Shown: piece after piece, positions 38,990 to 50,900 of the stretch
Layout: each line of letters starts with the position of its first letter
Numbering within the stretch: position 1 is the stretch's first letter
DNA from: Podarcis pityusensis
Lineage: Eukaryota
Length of the DNA stretch: 64,000 nt
Strand: one strand, 5' to 3'
Assembly: GCA_964106645.2 (NCBI GenBank)
Contig: OZ067039.1
The notes under the pieces: model-generated
What the model saw: only the letters and a program-made list of their open reading frames with translations
Database searches by the model: none
Told to the model about the DNA's origin: nothing
Program-made: the position numbers and the translations under genes

Positions 38990-41900
38990 CACTAATTTGA
39001 GGGGAGGGCAATAGAGAACACTTTTGTGCATTAGTCTGAAAATACGCCTGCCTATTTGTACAGACAGCACAAATGATGTCATTGCGCAAACTGCTATGTA
39101 CAAAAGCTCACTGTGAAAAAATGTCCCCTGTGCATTTCAGAAGCCTGCTTGTATACACAGCTTTATTGCCAAACAGGTAGACCTGGTATCCAGACATTGT
39201 GCTTCTACATGCTGCTGAAACCCTCAGTTGTTTCCCTGGCCCCCTCCAGCCTTTAAGGCTATGTACACATGAACAGCTTAGAAGGCAACCAGGTGGTTCT
39301 TTTTCTAAATTTGGATTGAAGCTGGTGTGGGGGAAAGCACATCAAAACATAAGGCAAGTCAGGATAGATACAAGATAGATATAAATGGCAGCTAATGTTG
39401 TGCACATACCACTTCCCAAACCTTGGGGGGGGGGGGGCGGATCCCAATGGGTGCAGAGTAAACAGGATTGTCTACACAGCCTAATTAATTGCACTGCTGC
39501 TACAATCAGCTTCACAGCCCTCCCCCTTTCTTTTTTTCTATTTTTTAAAAACCCAAACAGGTAGCCCAACTGGACTGCATTTCAGAGTTATTGTACACTG
39601 TTGTGCAAACTCCCCCTCCCTTTAGCACAATGGGCATTATAATACTGGGTTACTTTGCAGGGCTGGTGTAACTTGTGGTTTTTTGGGTATAATCATTTTA
39701 GACTTTCATCTGCATTGACATTAGGAGAATAATTTTTAAAATGTTTACAGACTCTGGGGGGAGTATGTGTATGTGTGAAATAACAGAAAGATTGTGGACC
39801 CTTTGCTGCTGGCTTTCATTTTTGAGTTGAAAGGTGAGCCATAATCTCCCCAGTTCTCAGCCACTGGCTCCTTTCTCCCCTTCCCTGGATACCCATGAGC
39901 CCAGCATTCTAACCATTACTCCGTACTACTAAACATATCTAAGGGGTCCCGTGCAAGAGCAGAGGCAGCTATCAAATGCTGGGCTTTTGTTGCCACAATG
40001 CCTATGCAGGAGAGATCCTATGAAAAGCGATCATTGTGCCCAAGGCCCTGGAATCTGGGACCCGTTCCCTATGAATGTGTCAGCTTTGTGGTATTCCAAC
40101 AGACCACCTGCATTTCCTCTCCTTTCCTTTCCACAGAGCTGCAAGACTGCAGGGATGGCATGATGGCCTGGCATGACGGTCCCATCTCCCTTCCGCAGCA
40201 TCGTCAGGAGGTACGGGCTCACTGTGCAGACATCTCTGGCTCTCCCACTTCCTTCCACACCAGCAGTCCAGTATTCAGCAGTGACAGGTGGGTGCACCAC
40301 AGAGAAGCCGGCACACATTTCCTATCTGTGGCTCTTTCTAAAGTAATCTTTCTGTCCTATTTCAAAGTCAAAGCCAGCTGTCAATCATCATCCTGTAGAG
40401 CGACCTGTAGAGCCATTGTTTGAACTGTGTTCCAGAAAATGTGCCAGATTTTTTGAAGCATATCAGGCGTTCCTTGGTGAAAAGGTCAGGAATGTTCCCT
40501 AAAAGACAGTCTAGTATTCCCTTGCAACTGGCAGCCACTGTGGCAGTGCTGTCTCTGTGTGCGCCAGGGCATGTTGTCAGGCGGCTCAAGCAGAGCATCT
40601 GGGCTATCGACCTGGCTCTGAGAAACAAGGTGCTCAAGCTGAAGTCTGGTGACTGGTGTGCAGATAAACTGGTCAATGGGTATTAATGTTTCTGGTTAAC
40701 TCTTATTATTGCAAGCAAGTCAGCAACAACTTGCCAACTCCTGATAAGTTCAGAACTGCCTCTAGGCAATGGGGCAGAAGAACTGTGCAATCACTGAGGT
40801 GGTTGCTCAGCTGAGCCAGTAAAACAATACTGTGGGCCAGTCAATCTTGTGTGCATTATGTGAAAGGCTGTAATCCCGCCCCCCCCCCCCCCCCCATAAG
40901 CCACCTTGACGATCCTCACTGGGCAGAAAGGCAGTACCAAACTCGAATAAAGGCTTCTCCACACTCCTCTTTGCCACTTGTTTTCTTCTGTTTGCCCTGT
41001 GAGTTCTAGGCATGGGTAAGAGAGGTTTTCCTTTCATCCTTCCGCTTTCCCTGGACCCCCTGCAGTTTACTACTGAATCAAAACAAACATCAATCTGCAG
41101 AAAATCTGACTGACGTTTGTTCTGACTCAGTGGAAAACATGGGGTTTTTCCGGGGAAAGTGGCAGACAAAAGAAGAACCTCTCAGACCCCTGCCAAGAGA
41201 TCAGGACAAGCGGAAGCGTGGATGAGCCCTAATAGTAATCTGTGGCCCTTGGATACACTTGGGTCCCTCCCAGCCAACTACCAGTTTGAGCGGCTGTGGC
41301 TTTTCCCCTGCTTGCCAGCATGGACATCTTTTTCTGGTCATGCTAGATGCTATTGTCAAGATTTATTAATGATACGCTTTCTCTCTCACAGCCCTGGCAC
41401 CTTCAAGCACAGCAACAAGGCCACCAGCCCTCCTGAAAACGTGCTGCGGCTGAGCCCCGAAGAGCTGGCTTCTCCTGGCTGGAAAAGAGGCCCAGAGAAG
41501 ATGGCGTCTTCAAGCAGCCCCGCACAGATGCTCACCCCAATGCAGGCCTTCACACACCTCCCCACTTTCCGCCCACAGGCTAATGGGACTTCTCTGAGAC
41601 CAGGCCTCCAAGCACCACAGCTGTGCCCCCACACCCACTGTTCTTCCAGCCCTCCACACATCACCCCCTCACCCACAGCCAAACATGGCGTCCCGGCAGA
41701 GGACCAGCCACACCAGAACGGTTCAGAGAGCTCTAGCCTCCAGGCCACGGCAGTCTCCTGCGAATCATCTGCTGAGGGAGCCTCACGGCCTCAGCTAAGC
41801 CCCGTCATGGAGAGACCGGCCCTGAGGAGCAGCTTACGGGTCCCTTGCTACAGCCAGCCTCCTCCCGGCTGCAGAACTGTGTCCAGCGCCCCAGCCTCAC

Positions 41901-44900
41901 CTCAGATCCCAGCAGCCTACAATGGGCAGCTGCACTGTGAGAGAAATGAGGCCGAGGGGAGCCCCCTTCTCCGGTGCCCCAACAGCAGCCCCTCTCTCGG
42001 GCCCTACCCAGTCAGTGTCCAGCCGCCAGCCCCTGGCTATGGTTTCGCGGACCTGCAGAGCTCCCCAACCCCGGCCTTCCCCATTGCGACAGCCTACTAC
42101 ACGGGCGCCGAGAGCAGCCTCTCCGAACGGGAGCCGCTCTGCGAGCCACAGCAGCCCCCGCTGCCTGAAAAGCATCACATACCAGCAGCCAGGAACTGGG
42201 AGAGGAGCTCACCACCTGGCCGTAGCCCTGGCTCCGCTCACCATGTCACATTTGCACCTGGCGTGCCTGATGGCAACACACCTGGCCCAGCAAACAGCTC
42301 CGTTCTTAGAACAGGTATTTGATGTGGCGTTTGGCTCCATTGTCTCATTTTTAATCCCTTGCTGTGGCTTCCTAAATGCCCACCCTCTGCTTCCAGCTCT
42401 TAGTTGCTCTGCAGCTCCCTTCAGTATCTCAGTAACTAATTTGGATGTAGGACACTGAGGTGGTCCTCATTCCCTGGACTGTACCAGTTCAGGATGCAGG
42501 TGGGGACCGTGTGTTTTGAATGCTCCCACCTGTGAAAAAATACCATGTGCATCAGGTTGAAGGCTATCCGTCAAGCCCTGCTCATGTGTTACTCACCTGC
42601 AGGGGGTTAAGTGTGAAGTTGGCTTCTAGGCTCACTCCTGACATCATCTTTCAACAGCCATGCGTTGTGTAAAAAAAGCCCAGTGAGTGAGCTGCTGCTT
42701 GTGTGTAGGGGCTTCACGCGGTCAGAATCAGGTGTCCCAATCACGTAGAGTAGCAGCTTTCACGTGGGGTTTTCTTTCCACACAACTGCATGCAACACAT
42801 GGTTGTTGAGAGAGACTAATTCAACATCAGGAGTCAGGCTAAATTCCACATTGGTGCCTGACATGTGAGTAACACGTAAATAGGGCTTATGAACCCTTCT
42901 CCCTGACAAGCCAACTTTCTGTGTAGAAGAGCATTTAGCCAGGCAGCTGAAATGGTTTCTGTTGTGAGGAAGGCTCCAACACTTGGTTTTTCTAACTCAG
43001 CAGTAGAGGCCTTGATCTCAAATGGTGTTAGCTGTAAGGAGAAGCAGGCTTCCTTTGAACCAAAGTTCCCTGAGGCTTAGCCCTGAAACCCAGGGTCCAG
43101 ACTGAATAAAATATGGCACTCCAGCAACCTCAAGAATCTAAGTCCATTTTCCTCATTCCATCTAAAGCTGTTGGCTGGGATTTGTTAGGTTTTAGTATTC
43201 TGTTCTGTTGATGTTGGTTTTAAATGTTATAAACTACTGTGTGAACAGAATCATAGAATCTTGGAGTTGGAAGGGACCCAGGGGTCATCTAGTCCAACCC
43301 CCTGGAATGCAGGAATCTCAGCTGAAGCATCCATGTCAGATGGCCATCCAACCTCTGCTTAAAAACCTCCAAGGAAGGAGAGTCCACCACCTCGCGTGGG
43401 AAACTGTTCCACTGCTGAACAGCTCTTACTGTCAGAAAGTTTTTCTTAATGTTTAGTCAGAATCTCCTTCCTTGCAGCTTGAAGCCATTTGAGTCCTACC
43501 CTCCAAAGCAGGAGAAAACAAGCACCATCCCTCCTCCATGTGACAACCCTTAAGATATTTGAAGATGGCTCTCATATCTCCTCTCAGTCTCCTCTTTTCC
43601 AGGCTAAGCATATCCAGCTCCTTCAAGGGCTCCTCACAAGCCACAGACCCCATTGATTCGGGAATAATGAGGACATGAAGCTGTCTTATGCTGAATCAGA
43701 CCATTGGCTCATCTAGCCCCATATTTTTGGCTCTGACACACAACAGCTGTCTGGAATCCTTGCCTGTCCCCTGAGATCCTTTCGAATAGAGACTGAACTT
43801 GGGACTTGGGTCTGTGTTCTACCTGTGACCACTCCCCATTGTAATATTGTGCTAAGAGTCACTTGGGACAGGTATGGGAAACCTGTGGCCCTCCAGGGGC
43901 TGGTGGACTCCAATTCCTATCAACCTCAGCCAGCATTACAGACGATGGTCAGGGATGATGGGAAATGTAGTCAGCCAGTATCTGGAGGGCCAAAGGTTCC
44001 CCATCCCTGACTTAAGAATAGTGTAAGTTAAGCATGTCAAACACTCTTAATGGGCTGCAAAAAATGTTTTGTGTTAGTATTAATGTTGCACGTTTTAAAA
44101 GCCATTGCTAACACTGTTGCTTGTCTGCCTTTTGTAAAGAGAGCCACACTATCTTCCATTTTCTTTTCTTCCAGATTCACAGCAAGAGAACCAGGTTAGC
44201 GTCAAATTTGTCCAAGACACATCAAAGTTCTGGTACAAGCCTCATTTGTCCCGGGATCAAGGTACACCATTCCCAAGCACTTTTGCCTAGTTTGGATAGG
44301 ATCTAACAAAATCAGTATTTGGCACATTCTCTAGAGCAGGCTCTCCCAACCTTGTTTTTAAAAAGCATCAAAGAGCGCTTAATTCAAGAACTGCTCTAGA
44401 TCTGTCGTGCCATTTAGTTAATCACTGTGAAATATGTGTCTGCTTGAGTTGTGACTCTTGATGTTAACTTCATGTTCCCACTGGGTGATCATATTTAAAA
44501 TGTCTCTGCACTGTAATAGCATATGTAATCAGGGCCATAGCTAGGGGGGGTGAGGTGGACCCCTGCCAGGGGCGCAGGCGGGGGGGGGACCTAAAATCAG
44601 CTGCCAAGACCCTCCGCCAGGCACCCTGTCCGGCCCGCGCTCCCTGCCCGCAGCCCAGACAGGGCAGGGAAGAGGGCGTGCTGGGTGGCGCCTGCTCTTG
44701 GCTGCCCCCCTCACCCCTTGGCCCTCCTGGCATCTGGGTTGGCTGGGCAGCCTGGCGGGGAGCCTGCGTGCGCCCCAAGCGCTCCATCCTGTTTGGCTGT
44801 GAGGCGCCAGCTCTGCCTCTCCTGGACTTTGCTCAGGGTTGGGGCTGGGAAGGTCCCCCAGCCTCGTCCCCTGGTGCTGCCCGGCCCACCTCACTGCCCG

Positions 44901-47900
44901 CACCCCTGCCTCCCCGGGCACCAGGGGAGAGTCGCCAGCTTCAAAGCCTGCCTACTCCAGAGTCACTTCTTTTGTCTCTCTCTCTCCTTTCCCTCCCTCG
45001 AGGATGCCAGCTTGAATAAAATATATGGGGGGGGGGGACAGGTAAGCACCGCCCTGTATAATCGAGATGGAGCACATGCACACTATTTGAATGGCAATGC
45101 CCATTAACTGGGGGACGGACAGCATCTTCATAATATTTGGGGGGGGGGTGAAGGAACCTGGGCCACAAAGAGTTGGCTCCCATGCCCTTCTCCCTGTTAA
45201 AGTGGGGTGCTCCCCACTTTATGCGACTTCACTTATGCACGCAGTGGCCTGGAACGTAACCCGTGCATAAGTGGGGAGACACCGATGTACCATCACGTAG
45301 GTCAGCCTTCCCCCATCTTGGTGTCCTATCTCTGTTTTGGCCTCCTTCCGTCAGAATTCCTTACAAACAAGAATTCATTACCAGGTGAAATGCATGAGGA
45401 ATTGAGTGGGTGGAGGGGGGGTGGAGGAGAGGCGGAAAGAAGAGCTAATTTGTCCATCGCTAAGGGGCGCTATCTGGATGGTTCTGCCAGGGGTGCAAGA
45501 TCACCTATCTACGGCTCTGTATTTAATGTATGTACAGTGGTACCTGGGGTCAAATACGTAATTCGTTGCGGAGGTCCGTTCTTAACCTGAAGCACCACTT
45601 TAGATAATGGGGCCTCCTGCTGCTGCCGCGCTGCCGGAGCACAACTTCTGTTCTCATCCTGAAGCAAAGTTCTTAACCCGAGGTACTATTTCTGGGTTAG
45701 CGGAGTCTGTAACCTGAAGTGTCTGTAACCCGAGGTACCACTGTAATAGCAAACACTTGACTTTTTTTGTATTTGCCTGTGTTTTGGGGAAATGGTCACT
45801 GCTGCTTCCTGTCTGCTAGAGAGGAGGCAGCCAGCCATCATAACCTGTGAGTAGCAAGTGCCTGTAAAGAAGTGGGTGTCCATTTTACACAAGGAAGTAC
45901 CAGGGACCCCAGTTGGTACTGGGCCTCATTCTGAAGAATAATGTAGTGTGATGGTAGAACTGCAGGCTTCTGCATACACAAGATTTGATACACTAACATT
46001 TTTGCTCCTGAGCAGCCATTGCCCTTCTGAAGGACAAGGAGCCTGGGACCTTCCTCATTCGGGACAGCAATTCCTTCCAGGGGGCCTACGGCCTGGCTCT
46101 GAAAGTGGCAACACCTCCACCCAACAGCATCAACCACTCCACCAAAGGTAAAAGCAACAACCCAACACTTCCTGACTTGCAGCAGTAGCTACAGCCCCGT
46201 GCGAGAGAGTGCCTGTCTCCCAAGCAGTTGCTGCAGCGTTAGAAGGAAAACTCTGATCCTAAACCTGCACTGCCTCACGGGACACCTTTGGGAGAAGAAA
46301 AGGCTACAGAGTAAACCTCTACTCAAATATGGAGTTCCTAAGATGGTTGGTTGGCGCCTTGTAAGCCTCCTTCCGGCAACTCCTACAGCCCAGCTGGTGC
46401 CAAACATCTTGCTCTGCTTTCCTTTAAACCACATCTGTGAGGGCAGGGTCTTGTCATTTGGGCAAACCTTTCCAGCCTCCCAATACAAAGAGTGATGGGC
46501 AATTTGCCCCTTCTTGTCCATTGTCCTCTCATCTGCGACTGACAGACAGGCACGCTACACCCAAGGAGTAAAGCCTCCTCTCAGTATCGCACAATATGAA
46601 CACAGCTGCTTCTGACATTCCCGTGCCTCTTAGCCGTGTCCTGGCCATGTCCAGCCGAGAAGGGAAATGCGGAGGGGAAACTGAGAAGGCTGGCTAATAG
46701 ATTTCCTTCCATCCTCTGCCCATCCCTCCTCTTCAAACTACCCAATTCCTTCCTTAGCCTTTTATCCCGTCAAGAGTGTTCTGAATTGCTGGCTCTTAAG
46801 CCACAATGTTTTATGTGATCTTTGTCCTCGTATTATGTGTTCCTGCTCCCCTTCATCGATAGGTTTAGTTTTTATTGTATCTGTGCTTTCTTAACTTTAT
46901 GAACCCCCAGAGGATGTGGTTAATTGGAAGATGCATAAATAAGTTTCCATCCCTGGCAAATTCTCTCTTTGCTTGAGAGAGGTTGGAAGAAAAAGTATAT
47001 AGAAGAGACCCTAGCAGCCATAACTGATGAGTACTCTGCTCTTCCTGAGAGCATGTTGCATAGGGAGAGGGTAATAATAATAATTTATTATTTGTACCCC
47101 GCCCATCTGGCTGGGTTTCCCCAGCCACTCTGGGTGGTTTCCAACAAAGATTAAAAATACATTAGAATGTCACACATTAAAAACTTCCCTGAACAGGGCT
47201 GCCTTCAGATGTCTTCTGAATGTCAGGTAGTTGTTTATCTCTTTGACATCTGATGGGAGGGCATTCCACAGGGCGGGCGCCACTACCGAGAAGGCCCTCT
47301 GCCTGGTTCCCTATAGCTTTGCTTCTCGCAATGAGGGAACCGCCAGAAGGCCCTCGGCGCTGGACCTCAGCGTCCGGGCAGAAGCTCCTTCAGGTATACT
47401 GGGCCAAGGCCGTTTAGGAGTAGGGATGGACAGTTCATCCTATTTCTGCACAGTGTCAGTTTTGCCTGTGTTTATTCATAAAAGTCCATTCCATCCCACT
47501 TTCAGGCTGATCTGTGAGTTTCATACAAAAATTTGTATGTAAGTTCATATTTCATATCCTTGTACACATTTCTAAATATATTCTGAATGTTAGAAATATG
47601 CACTTTTGAAACATATTTTGATACATTCATTGAACTGAGAACTGCATTGCAAAATTCAAAGAAGGGCAAAACCTAAAGGATAATTACATTCTGCTTCATA
47701 TATTTGCTGAGGAGGTGCAAAGTAGTTAAGTTCACTTAAAAATACAAACCAACCAAAATTCTTCTCCATCCTTCCATAGGCGATCCTGCTGAGCAGCTGG
47801 TGCGTCACTTTCTGATTGAGACAGGACCGAAGGGGGTGAAGATCAAAGGCTGCAACAACGAGCCCCATTTTGGTGAGTGACTGGGATAAAGAAGAAGAGG

Positions 47901-50900
47901 TGCCCATACACCTGGCACATTCTCATTTATATTTTGCAGTGTAAAAAGTTACACACATACCTAAGCAGATAAGTATTAAAGCCACCAGCTTGGAGTCTTG
48001 AAGGGTAAAGCTATCACTGGCTGCCAGCAGGATGTCTGTGTTTGCCTGTGTTCTGCCACAACAGTTGAAGGCAGTAAGACTTCTGAAGTCCAGTGACTGG
48101 AAGGAGCAGGAGGGCAGAGTGCTTGGGTCTTGCTTGTGGGTGTCCTACCAGCATCTGGCTGGCTACTGTCAGAACAGGATGCTGGGTTAGATGGGCCATT
48201 GGCCTGATCCAGCAGGGCTCTTTGTAATGTTATTATGTACCTTGTGGGGCAAGTGGGCGCTACCTCCAGGAAGCTCATGATATCCTCATCTAGAAAAATT
48301 ACCATATTTTTCGCTCTATAGGACACACTTTTTCCTCTTCAAAAATTAAGGGGAAATGTGTGTGCATCCTATAGAGCGAATGCAGGCTGCACGGCTAAGC
48401 CCAAAGCCAGAACAGGGAGATGGAGCGCTGCGGAGCACTTCATCTCGCTGTTCTAGCTTGGGGTTAGCTGCGCAAAGCCTCCGCAGGGCAGCGGGGTGCA
48501 TTCACCCCGCTGCCCTCCAGCGGCTACAAAGGCTGCCCCCGCAGCCAGAACAGCGAGACGGAACGACGGAGCAGCGCTTCCTCCCACCGCCAGCCCCACA
48601 AGCTCGGGGGCAGTGGGAAGGCGGCACGCTGCCTTCACGCTGCTCCCCGACCTAGTCTTTGGGGCTGGCAGTGGGGGAAAGCAGCGCTTCCCCCCGCCAG
48701 CCCCAAAGAGCAGGTCGAAAGGAACCTGAAGCCTCCGGAGCCCAGCGGGAACTCCCGCTGGGCTCCGGAGGCTTCGGGTGAGCGCACCTTGAACGCACAG
48801 AATGCACCTTCTTTTAGAGGGGGAGAACAAGAAAAAAAAAATTCCCCTGTTCTCTCCCTCCTATGGTTCGTTGCGTCCTATGGTCCGGTGTGTCCTATAG
48901 AGCGAAAAATACAGTATGTTATGCTTTTGCCAGGGAGGTTAAGCAGTGCTCCAGGTTTGAGGGAGGAAGAGGGTGCTTGCCATGTGCAGGGGGGGAGATA
49001 CTGTCAGGTGGCTGTGCAGGAGAAGCAGTGCTTTGCCCCATGGCTGTTCCTCTTCTCCTTGCAGGCAGCTTGCCAGCCCTGGTGTCCCAGCACTCCATCA
49101 CCCCCATCTCCTTGCCTTGCCGTCTCCGTATCCCAAGCAAAGGTAAGAAGTGCTCAGGAAGATTTTGGGAGTCAAGCGATCTGGGTGCAGTGGGGACATA
49201 GTTTGGCTATAAATCTTGAAACAATCAAATATATGCCTTGTATGGCAGCTTCCCCACATTAAAGCAGAAAGGGGCAGGGGTGTGTGTATTCCAGGCAAGT
49301 CATTATCTCTGCTGCTTGGATTTTATCCAACTAATGTCTACTCAGAGTAGAACCATCAAAATTAATGTACAAAACTAGCAGGTCCATTGATTTCAGTGCT
49401 TCTGCTGTTAGCAGGATGCGGCCAAGTTTTACAGCTCCTGTTTCCCATGCTGGTATAAGCAGTGTGATGGCTCAGAGATAGAGCTATGGATCAGTAAGTC
49501 TTCAGGTCAGATCCTGACTCTCATGAATTTATCAGGTGGCTCTTGCCACTCAGCCCCACACCCTTCATGTACCTTACAGTTGTAAGGATTACAAGATAAT
49601 AACCGCAAAGTGCTTTCCACCCCTGGAAGTACTTCATTAAATGCTAAGGTTTATGGCAGCTTCATATTTACCACACCTGCAACCCACCTTTCTCTTAAGA
49701 AGCCCACGGCAGAAATTTAACTTTACAGCCACCCTGTAGGTTGGGACGAGGGACACTAGTCTTTACAGCTGAATGAAGTTTTGAACTTTGTTTCACCACA
49801 TGCAAGCCCCACATGCTGTAACCACTGTGTGCATGTTAGACAGTGTTGTCTCTCTCTTTGCCTCCCCCTTTCCAGATCTTGTGGAGGAGTGCACAGAGCT
49901 GGCTGTTCCCACCAACATGAGCACAGCTGCTGATCTGCTGAAACAGGGAGCAGGTCAGTACCAAAGCAGAGAGGGAGGGCGGAGTGTGTTCATTTTTTTC
50001 GACCAGCAGCAGTTTAGAGAATTCCACTTCTGATATTCACAGGTGAAGGGGTGCATAACCACACAGAGTGCTAAAGCCCCATTATTATGACTTGCTTGCA
50101 TGAGATCACCCAATGTGGGGCTCGAACCCACAGCCATGAGATTAAGAGTCCCATGCTCCAGTGGCTGCGCTATCCCAAAAAATAAAGGTGGTATACAAAT
50201 TAAAACTGAAAAATAGAAGTAACAAAACCTTGTTTTTTGTTCTTCGTGGAAGTTGAGATGCACAAGAAGCTGAATATTGCACTAGATGTCAGTGTCACTC
50301 AAGTAGGAAGATATATTAGGCTATTTTTGTCACAAATAGGTAAGGAGGTCTGTAGGCATTCAGCAGCAGATACAGCTGTGGAGTCCTGGTCAGTTTGAAA
50401 AGCTGCAAAGCAGCAAGGAGAGGATGAAATTCACAGGGGAGAAGAAGTGATTGAGGGAAGGGTTGCTTAACCCTTTCCCTGTTTCCCACTTCCCACTGCA
50501 GCCTCTTCCCAACCAAGGCTCGCTAACATCTAATTCAGACTTTGGTTTCAGCAGCGGAAAATCAAACAAGGATGAAATGGAAGGGATTCTCTTAAGTGTT
50601 TGGAAGCCTGAGCAGATGGGGAACTGGGTGGGTCTGAGCTGTGTGGTTATGGAAGGTGCAAAGTTTTGGACAATCCATCTCTTTCTCTCTCCCCCACCTC
50701 CCCTCTTCCAAATTATAGCCTGCAGTGTGCTGTACCTGAGCTCTGTGGAAACAGAGTCCCTGACAGGCCCACAGGCTGTGGCCAAGGCAGCAACCAGCAC
50801 CCTGGGCGCCACTCCTCGTGCTTCCGCCTGCGTCGTGCACTTCAAGGTGTCAGCCCAGGGCATCACGCTCACAGACAACCAGAGAAAGTGAGTCACCCTG

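Noticed and set aside
44555-45107. GC-rich ORFs and apparent CpG islands (also 48356-48830)
   Set aside because: They lie inside TIR-bounded non-autonomous transposons and have no transposase motifs.
50107-50176. Functional tRNA-Lys gene
   Set aside because: D arm/A box and acceptor stem are degenerate; the same head occurs in a SINE at about 11700.
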